From Octopus sinensis (Eukaryota), in NCBI RefSeq assembly GCF_006345805.1, contig NW_021829915.1:1-34627 (forward strand): a stretch of DNA of 34,627 bases, in the 5' to 3' direction. Of this stretch, positions 26,001 through 34,627 are shown in pieces. The translations under genes were made by a program, and so were the position numbers. The notes below the pieces were generated by a model. The model did not search any database and was not told the origin of the DNA. It worked only from the letters and a program-made list of their open reading frames with translations. Positions within the stretch are counted from its first letter, which is position 1. Each line of letters starts with the position of its first letter.

Positions 26001-26236
26001 GTAAAGTATATTGTCACCTAAATGTGACTAACCACCAAGGGTGGATATTACTGTAGCTTGTAGCCGCAGGAGAACATCTTTTCCAGCTAGCTATTGAACA
26101 CACTTTCTGTGCCCTATCAGTATTTCCTACCTAAGTGATACGCACGGACTGCAGTTTCTGGGTATTGACCCATCATCAGCGCACGACAATCCCCGGTTCT
26201 CGATGGAAGGGTCCCAATGCAAATACAGATATCCTT
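26001..26236 (-). mobile_element. ~236-bp hammerhead-carrying cassette (Penelope pLTR fragment or retrozyme-like monomer)
   Basis: Non-SINE sequence bounded by (TA)n on both sides, containing the hammerhead at 26141-26185. Confidence 0.6.
26141..26185 (-). ncRNA. Minimal type I hammerhead ribozyme, canonical core, GUC cleavage triplet
   Basis: Minus strand CGTGCG-CTGATGA-TGGGT-caat-ACCCA-GAAA-C-tgca-GTC-CGTGCG. Stem I has 6 bp (2 G-U), stem II has 5 bp, and stem III is the palindrome ACTGCAGT. Predicted cleavage between 26147 and 26146. Confidence 0.8.
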
Positions 26237-27063
26237 TATATATATGTATATATATATATATATATATTATATAGGATGGGCTTCTTTCAGTTTCCGTCTA
26301 CCAAATCCACTCACAAGGCTTTGGTTGGCCCGAGGCTATAGTTGAAGACACTTGCCTAAGTTGGCACGCAGTTGGACTGAACCCGGAACCACGTGGTTTG
26401 GAAGCAAGCTTCTTACCAGACAGCCATTATATCTTTGTGTGTGCGTGCGTGTGTGTATGTGTGTGTATGTGTGTGTGTGTGTGCGTGTCCGTGCGTGTCT
26501 GTGTATGTGTGTGAGTGTGTGTGTGTGTATATACATATATAAATACGCGGTAAAAACTGCGTTAAACTCTAAATGTTAATTCTACTGCAGTTTGGCTTTT
26601 ACTTTTTTTTACCTTTTTGCACTCGATTTGTTCTGCTATACCCCACCCCACAAAAATCTATAGCCTTGTAATATACCTGTGTTAAATGTCATTCATAAGT
26701 GTTGTACAGTGATGATAAATACCCGGCAGTTTCGATCGGCGCTGCAACTGACTTTAACGAAATCTGTTCGATATTCTCACGTACCTATTGATTTTACTTG
26801 TACTCCTCGCATGTAATTGAAGTATAGGCCTGTTCACCACTTGGTCTTTTCTCTCAATAATATGACAGAAATGCGAAACCCTTTCTAATGAACCCCCTGA
26901 GTCATCACCAATTACCTAACGCTATAGTTATATCACGTTACAACCTTTAGCTACAATTTCCAGTATTTTTGCTTTAACATGGTTTGTATGGGGGTATCCG
27001 TTTAGTTCCTGATCTCTCGACTATGCAACAGTATGTATGTAGTTCCATGGCACCTGCAGCAGT

Positions 27064-27428
27064 GGAGGCGCAATGGCCCAGTGGTTAGGGCAACGGACAC
27101 GCGGTCGGAAGATCGCGGTTTCGATTCCCAGACCGGGCGTTGTGTGTGTTTATAGAGCGAAGACACCTAAAGCTCCCCGAGGCTCCGGCAGGGGAAGGGG
27201 GTGGCGACCCCTGTTGTACTCTTTCGCTCCAATTTTCTCTCACTCTTTCTTCCTGTTTCTTGTCCCCGACTTCCTACGCAACCGCTGAGCCTGGATGCAC
27301 ATTAATTCATCCGTCGATGCTCTCGGTGTCGGGGGTTGACCTGCTTTCTATTCTGCAGGTCTTACGAATAGCAAAGGACCACGTTTCGGACTTCTCCCAC
27401 TCTAGGACGAAGACCGCTTCGCTCAACA
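27064..27428 (+). mobile_element. SINE family B (tail type 2) with a perfect 14-bp TSD
   Basis: GCACCTGCAGCAGT at 27050-27063 and 27429-27442. A box TGGCCCAGTGG, B box GGTTTCGATTCC. Confidence 0.9.
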
Positions 27429-27666
27429 GCACCTGCAGCAGTACGATATATATGTATATATATACTAAAATACCAGAAGAAAAAAAAAAGGATATTTTCT
27501 TTGTTACTGTTTTGATTTTTTTTTCCTATTTTCCCATCCGAATTCTGATTGAGAATTCCTATGTCAACGTTAGTAAAACAAACAGTTTTTGTATTTTCCT
27601 TATGCATTTAGGACGTATTTTGTGTTGTCTTGTCAATGTTTTTTGAACAATTATTCAGTTTTATGT

Positions 27667-27850
27667 GAAGGCGTGTGGCCCAGTGGTTAGCGTATTGTAC
27701 TCACGATCACAAAATCATAGCTTTGATCTCCGGTTTTTGCGGAGGGCTCTATTCTTGAGCAAAACACTTCAGTCCACGTTCTTCCAATCCACTGGAGTGT
27801 AAATTCGTAACCCCGTGACGAACCAGCGCCCGGTTCAGGGCATACCTTGT
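27667..27850 (+). mobile_element. tRNA-derived SINE, fourth family, degenerate
   Basis: A-box head gaaggcgtgtggcccagtggttag, core ttcttgagcaaaacactt, then aaccccgtgacgaaccagcgcccggttcaggg. Confidence 0.6.
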
Positions 27851-28234
27851 GATCTTAACATTCACAGAATAACACACAGACACATACACACACATATACA
27901 CACACATACACACACATACACTCACAACCACACACACATAGAGACATACACACACACATACACACACATACACACACATACACACAAATACACACACATA
28001 CACACACACACATATATATATATATATAAGTGACTTAATAATAACCGTCTAAGAGATACTTGTATCCAATGAATACCTATATTTAATGCTCATAAATGAT
28101 AGGTAATGACAAACATAAACTAAAGTTTATCAATATTCAAGGAAACTACCCTTTATTCTATTTCTAAATTCTAGTAGGTCGAATGTTTCACAGTGGATCA
28201 GCATGTAGCTTGAATTAATTATCACCATTCTCAC

Positions 28235-28276
28235 CTTCTTCTTCTTCGTCTTCTTCTTCTTCTTTTTTCTTCTTCT

Positions 28277-28308
<32 letters not shown>

Positions 28309-28374
28309 TTCTTCTTCTTCTTCTTCTTCTTCTTCTTCTTCTTCTTCTTCTTCTTCTTCTTCTTCTTCTTCTTC
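28235..28374. repeat. (TTC)n trinucleotide repeat
   Basis: Direct reading; the source of the poly-Lys ORF 28215-28400. Confidence 0.95.
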
Positions 28375-28831
28375 CAACCAGGACTCACGCCATTAGCCAC
28401 AAAAGAATAATCTCTAATTCGAGCCTACTCTAAGCTACTAAGAGTGCGTGTGGCAACTTGAAGATCCATCCATCACACGCGATAGACTGGCGGTTGCACG
28501 GGCGCAAAAGCTACGTTGTTATCCTCATTCCGTAAACGGTAGCTTTTAGCGGGTGGAGAGCTCAACCATCCTGGGGTAGAGAGGATTCGCAATCTAGACT
28601 AGGGTCTGAAAGTTTACCACACCATAGTGGGTTATACCATGGTTCCTCTGCTTTGTGGCAGAAATAGTAAAAAAGAGTGAGACAAAGTTGTGGTGAAAGA
28701 GTAACGCCGGAGCGTCGTGGAGCTTAGGTGTTTTTACTCAATAAACACTCATAATGCCTGGTCTGGGAATCGAAACCGCGTTCTAACAAGCGCGAGTCCG
28801 CTGCCCTAACCACTGAGCCATTGCGCCTCCA
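28375..28831 (-). mobile_element. SINE family B head/core (28670-28831) followed by a third tail type ending in (GAA)n
   Basis: Minus strand tggaggcgcaatggctcagtggttagggcagcggactcgcg..ggtttcgattcccagacc..actctttcaccacaactttgtctcactc, then unrelated sequence to ..gagtcctggttgg(AAG)n. No TSD found, so two fused elements are possible. Confidence 0.7.
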
Positions 28832-29743
28832 TTGTTGTTGCTGTTGGTTGTGATGGTGGTAGGTGTATATATAACACCGCACTATTCAGTGCTATTCGCA
28901 TCAGATTGCAGGGTGTGATCTGATGGGAATTTCACTGCTATTCGTAGCATGTCAGTCTAGTAATACACGTAAATAATCCCTCGTTGGTTCGTACTTGTCG
29001 ATCGTCAACACAGATGTTTCCTTGTCAGTTCGCTGTTGTAGTTCGTGTTCGTGGTGATGGTGATAGTAATGTGTCTCTTACTGGAACGTACAGGCGTTAG
29101 TTTATGATCCTCATTACAATATAACTCTTCAGTATAAACCAGAGGGAATAATTTGGTTTTCTTTTACATGAAAAGCTTCTCGGGTGTTCTTAGATGCTGC
29201 CATGAAAGCAGTACGGTGACATAGATTAGTTAGTCGCTTACGTAATAATAATCATGTAGCTCTAATTTATAGCTTGGGCTACTTTCATAATCGTTGTAAA
29301 TGCGAGAGAGACAAATTGTTTATGATTTTGCAAAGATTCTTTTAACTTCCTGACATCAATTGGATGCCACCATGAATGCGATGTTCGACGTTTTATTTTC
29401 CTGTGGAAATGTAGATATAGTGCTGGCACGGATTAAGTCTGTAACCCAACACACATTTGCTTTCATTCATTGTATTAATAATATGAGACATTTAATAAGC
29501 ATACGTTTGCATTCCATAATTGCGTAGTAAATTTGACTTCAGTACTTCGATCATGCAAGGGTCATGTGATATTTAATAAATGATTTGTTTCCTTTACAGA
29601 ATGCGCTAGTAATAAAATGGTATTTCTTGACATGCAATCCTAAAGAGTGTTGGCCATTAGGATTTTCGTTTAACCGTTACAGTTCGCGTTGCAAACAAAC
29701 AAGCAAAAATATATTTTTCATGATATACTTATAAATTCGCATA

Positions 29744-30111
29744 CTCTTTTACTTACTCGTTTCAGTCATTTGACTGCGGCCATGCTGGAGCACCGCCTTC
29801 AGTCGAGCAAATCGACCCCGGGACTTATTCTTTGTAAGCCCAGTACTTATTCTATCGATCTCTTTTGCCGAACCGCTAAGTGACGGGGGGGACGTAAACA
29901 CACCAGCATCGGTTGTCAATCAATGCTAGGGGGACAAACACAAACACATACACACACACACATATATATATATATATACATATATACGACAGGCTTCTTT
30001 CAGTTTCCGTCTACCAAATCCACTCACAAGGCTTTGGTCGGCCCGGGGCTATAGCAGAAGACACTTGCCCAAGATGCCACGCAGTGGGACTGAACCCTGA
30101 ACCATGTGGTT
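29744..30111 (-). mobile_element. SINE family C, well preserved, head truncated
   Basis: cgtttcagtcatttgactgcggccatgctggagcaccgcc..cgacaggcttctttcagtttccgtctacc..gacacttgcccaagatgccacgcagtgggactgaaccc. Confidence 0.88.
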
Positions 30112-31159
30112 GCATGTTTGTAATTTCTTCATATATATGAACGTTTAACGGCATCCATCTTTTACTTCCCTTAAGCAGCTACATATAAGTAATTTAAACT
30201 GTCAATTAAAACTGTAAGTATGAGATTGTAGACTTCCCAGTTTAACACTACAACTTGGTTTTTGGCTGTTTTGATGGAGTTTATTTTGTTGCAAATATTT
30301 CGAGCTGAAGCTCTTCTTCACTCTCATTTTTTTCTGAACATATTAACTTGCAAATATTAAAGGTATCAGCTGAATCAGTCTGTGAGGCTGTGAAACTGAT
30401 TGCATAATCAGGTGCACTTAACAATTTCTCTCCTCTTTGACATGAGTAATTTGTACAGAAATAATCCTTTTTATAAACGCACTCTATTAATTTTGATCAG
30501 ATGTCCCCCCGGCAATAGAGACTCAATCTCGTATGTTACACATAATGTGAAGCTAGGGATACAATACCTAAAGTATTCTTACATTTTACGCAAATTAGAT
30601 GCAATCTAAGGAAGACATGACGATCAATTCTATTGAGTAAATCATCACCGCAGAGGTTTCCTCTCTTCTCTCTTTCTGAAGAAAAAAAAAGCCCCTCAAA
30701 GAAACACCTAAATATTGTGATTATATTCTAAGGATATAATATCTCCCTGAGAAAGCATAAAATTCTCAGACTCATAAACAGCAGAATGCAACACCAATTC
30801 TCTTGGATGACGTCATAATCTCACTGTTCCGACTGAACCTAACAGTATACGTCCTTTGTTGAGCTCATCCAAGCCAACTGCTCGTACTTAGTAAATCTAT
30901 ATATTATAAGTTTCATTGGGATCCTATACAAATGCGTGTGATATTCTTTTTATTGCCAATATGTACATGTTGCAGATCACTAAAGAAACAATATTCATGT
31001 TTTGCTTCCTTATGTGCAGAAGTTTAAGAATAATTCTATTGATTTTTGCAGCTTAAAGGGACTTGTATTTATTGTTTATTATTGAGAGGTAAGTTGGAAA
31101 AGAATAGCTGCAGCATTAATAAAGAAACCGAAGGAGAAAACTGAAATACAAAAGCTCCA

Positions 31160-31559
31160 ACTATACATACACAAATATATACAATACATACATACATACA
31201 TACATACATACATACATACATACATACATACTATATACATATATATATATATATATATAGTATGAATGTAAATTTATTTATCTACATATATATTCATCTA
31301 TATATATAAGTGTGTGTGTGTGTGTATGCAAATTGTATATTTATGTATGTAGGTATGAGACATATAAATATATACGGGAAACATCTTTTCTTTCAAACAG
31401 GTTATATGGAAGACACGATTGTGTTCGTGTTTAAACAGTTTTATTAAAGATGTTTTCTGTATCTTTTATGTTATTTCACTTTCACCCTATCCTTTCACTA
31501 ATACACACATATCAAAATGTATATCCATCCATCCATCCATCCATATTTACATACATACG

Positions 31560-31604
<45 letters not shown>

Positions 31605-31849
31605 CACACACACACATATATATATAAAGACATGCACACATGCATATACATATACATATATATATATATATATGTGTGTACACATATAGATGTGTGTGAG
31701 TGTGTTATACGTTTGCTTTATTGTCCACCAGTATTAGAATCTCTGTGAGTGTATGTCTTTGTCAATACCATAAATACCAAGAATATTTTGTGAGTCTGTT
31801 TGCCGAACGCGACCCTATATACATACATATACACAGATACATACATACA

Positions 31850-31882
<33 letters not shown>

Positions 31883-31990
31883 TATAATATAATATATATA
31901 TATATATATCTATATATATATATATATATAATATATATATTATAATATAATATATTAATATATAAATATTTTATTATATATATATTTATA

Positions 31991-32029
<39 letters not shown>

Positions 32030-32101
32030 TATATACCTACACACACACACATTTTATATTTATATATAAATAGATACATATATATGATGTAATATAATAT
32101 A

Positions 32102-32158
<57 letters not shown>

Positions 32159-32615
32159 TGTTTGTGTGTCGATACATATTGTTATTTGTGGAAGTATGTG
32201 AGGATAAAGCAGGACTTAATTCAGAAATCTATTACATGAAATACAAAACATTGAATGTTATTGAAATACTTTCTTTCAGTCTTAGAAATAGTTCGGAAAA
32301 CACGGGAGATTTATTGTCTTCTGAAAAATTTTATATTTAGTTTTATATTTACATGGTTCTTAAGGAATGCTTAATCCCGAAATATCGTTCCGTGTTAGCA
32401 ACATGAATTCCACACATTTATACGTATACATTTGCAAATATATATACGTAATACTTACGTATATAAATACATATGCAACTATGCATACGCATATAGAGAT
32501 GTGTATATGTATGTATGTATATTTATATAAATATGGGTATGCATAAATATACATTTTTACACGAACACGCGTGTGTTTGTGTGTGCAAATATGAAACGAT
32601 TGCGTGAGTGTGTGT

Positions 32616-32649
<34 letters not shown>

Positions 32650-32753
32650 GTGTGTGTGTGTGTGGTTGATGTTGCTTACTTGCAATACATCCCTGTATTT
32701 AACTCTTTTCTTCTCATGCTTTGTGTATTTATACTTACAGAAACACAGGCAAA

Positions 32754-32787
<34 letters not shown>

Positions 32788-32950
32788 CGTGTACAGATAC
32801 AGACGCATAAATTGTTTCCTTGCGTGTGTCCTTGTGCGGATGCGTTGTTGGGGCTTAAGGAACAAGAATACTGAAAACGTGTCTATTTATTCCTTCGAAG
32901 TTGATGCTATATATATATATAATATATATATATATTTTATATATATATAG

Positions 32951-32985
<35 letters not shown>

Positions 32986-33300
32986 ATCATTATATATATA
33001 TATATATATATACATATCTATATATAAATTATATAACGTATATGTATATATAACACATACATACATATATGAATACATATATACATATATATATACATGT
33101 ATTACATACATACATGTAAATATACATATATATATGTATTATACATGTATATATACATATATATGCACACACTTACATATATGTATATATATATATATAT
33201 TATATATATATATATATATAAATTTATATATATATGTACACACACATATGTGCATTTATTATCTATATATGTATATGTATATTATATATATATAAATTGA
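31160..33300. repeat. Region dominated by TACA, TA, TG and CA microsatellite tracts
   Basis: Tracts at about 31160-31330, 31520-31700, 31815-32160, 32590-32670, 32750-32790 and 32910-33300. Confidence 0.9.
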
Positions 33301-34101
33301 TCGACATATGCATGTACACGTTGAAGAAAGGTCGAAATAAAAAATACTTGAAACTATAATTTTCCACGTATGTTATGTTTCTTTCGTCAGCAAATTTTAT
33401 TGTTGCGGAAATGCATGCCATCAGTTAATTAGTCTATTTCATTTTAGTTAATCGATATATATTATATATGCTCTCCCATCTTCAGTGAAATTACTCTAAA
33501 CTGCTGTTTCGTAATTATGACATAGCCTCTAGAGTCGGAAATAATTTTAATAAACCGAGAATTCATTTTGTATGTTATTTGATATATCTGTATTACTCTA
33601 TGTGTAAATACATCTGAGATTTTCTATTAGGTGAATTAGTGTTTAAATTATACAGATAATCTAGGTCAGGGATGTTTTGTACTCTTTTCTGTAATTCTAA
33701 CTCCCTTGGCTACTGGGATATGGTCGAACAAATCTACTAGTGATGAGAATTGAGCTAGAAACACATGTTCATTAGTATCCGCTTATCTCCCGGAAATAAA
33801 CTTATTCTTTACCTTGATGCATTTTCAGTCTTGGAAAAATTTACAATCTTGTGATTATCTAACTTCTCCTGTGGAATTGATCTTGATTGCTAGTTGGTAA
33901 TTAAGGTACACCCTTTAAAGGCCTGGATAATTTTAGCAATAAATCAAGAATTTATGTTGTATGGTATTTGATACCTGTACACACACACACACATAACATT
34001 CTTTTTACTATTTTACTCTTTTATTTATGTATGTATGTGTATGTATGTATGTATGTATGTATGTATGTAGGTATGTAGGTATGTATGTATGTATGTATAT
34101 A

Positions 34102-34161
<60 letters not shown>

Positions 34162-34238
34162 TTCAAAATTTGACCGCGTGTGTACCCTGGCGATTTATTT
34201 CCTCCGTCTTCCCTTCTCTAGATCTTTCCTTTTCCTAT

Positions 34239-34273
34239 GTTTCTGACGAAGAGCTCCGCTCGAAACGTAAAAC
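34239..34273 (+). ncRNA. Minimal hammerhead ribozyme, A-insertion variant
   Basis: GTTT-CTGACGA-A-GAGC-tcc-GCTC-GAAA-C-GTA-AAAC. Stem I has 4 bp, stem II has 4 bp, and stem III is the palindrome ACGT. Predicted cleavage after 34269. Confidence 0.62.
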
Positions 34274-34299
34274 CCTCTGTCTTCCCTTCCTTCCTGAGT

Positions 34300-34351
34300 G
34301 TCTTACAGCTGTTTCTAGGATATTTATTAATTATATCCCTTTATCGGAGAC
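34300..34351 (-). ncRNA. Decayed hammerhead of a different family, convergent with 34239-34273
   Basis: Minus strand GTCT-CCGATAA-A-GGGATAT-aattaataa-ATATCCT-A-GAAA-C-agct-GTA-AGAC. All three stems form, but the core has two changes (CUGAUGA to CCGAUAA). Confidence 0.5.
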
Positions 34352-34487
34352 GATGTGAGAGGAAAGTTAAGTCATAGTTAGTTTAGATGTGATACAAAAT
34401 AGGGAGTGAGGTGGAGGAAAGAAAATAGGTGCAAGATATGTAGGGATATTGAAGTTGTAAATCCATTTCTTAGGCAGAATGGTATCT

Positions 34488-34627
34488 CTTTACTCTTTAC
34501 TCTTTTACTTGTTTCAGTCATTTGACTGCGGCCATGCTGGAGCACCACCTTTAGTCGAGCAACTCGACCCCCGGGACTTATTCTTTTGTAAGCCCAGTAC
34601 TTATTCTATCAGTCTCTTTTGCCGAAC
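34488..34627 (-). mobile_element. SINE family C, 3' end (runs off the window)
   Basis: ctctttactcttttacttgtttcagtcatttgactgcggccatgctggagcaccacc..agtacttattctatc..gccgaac. Confidence 0.88.

Larger units (their letters stand above)
25680..26427 (-). mobile_element. SINE family C split by an insertion in its internal (TA)n
   Basis: 3' half at 25680-25940 (partly duplicated internally), then (TA)n, the insert 26001-26236, more (TA)n, and the 5' half at 26273-26427 (gatgggcttctttcagtttccgtctacc..gcttcttaccagacagcc). Confidence 0.8.

Noticed and set aside
28215-28400. Poly-lysine ORF
   Set aside because: Translation of (TTC)n.
30665-30700. CTGAAGA..GAAAC spacing typical of a hammerhead
   Set aside because: The intervening sequence cannot form stem II and there is no NUH triplet.

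Overview
This is repeat-dominated, AT-rich eukaryotic DNA. It is most likely an octopus (coleoid cephalopod) intergenic or intronic region; that is an inference from the tRNA-derived SINE families and the very heavy TA/TG/TATG/TATC microsatellite load. No host protein-coding gene can be supported, and most listed ORFs are translations of microsatellites or SINEs. Recognisable elements are: (1) a 5'-truncated, frameshifted Tx1/L1-clade LINE (APE-RT-CCHC, 4770-8478) embedded in a (TATC)n array, with no poly(A); (2) a Tc1 DD34E transposase relic (9530-10033); (3) an R4/Dong-type restriction-like-endonuclease LINE relic with a duplicated 3' end running into (TACA)n (minus strand, 18163-18950); (4) about 20 SINE copies from 3-4 families with swapped tails and recurrent dimers; (5) two long inverted-repeat elements (10110-10740, 23225-24021); (6) a Helitron-like element and an hAT-like end. 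The signal the ORF track misses is a set of minimal type I hammerhead ribozyme motifs of the Penelope/retrozyme kind, from several unrelated sequence families. Two have fully canonical cores (17794-17856 plus, 26141-26185 minus), one is an A-insertion variant (34239-34273 plus), and several are decayed. One intact copy lies in a ~236-bp cassette inserted in the TA microsatellite inside a SINE. All analysis was by eye; activity and family assignments need the checks listed.
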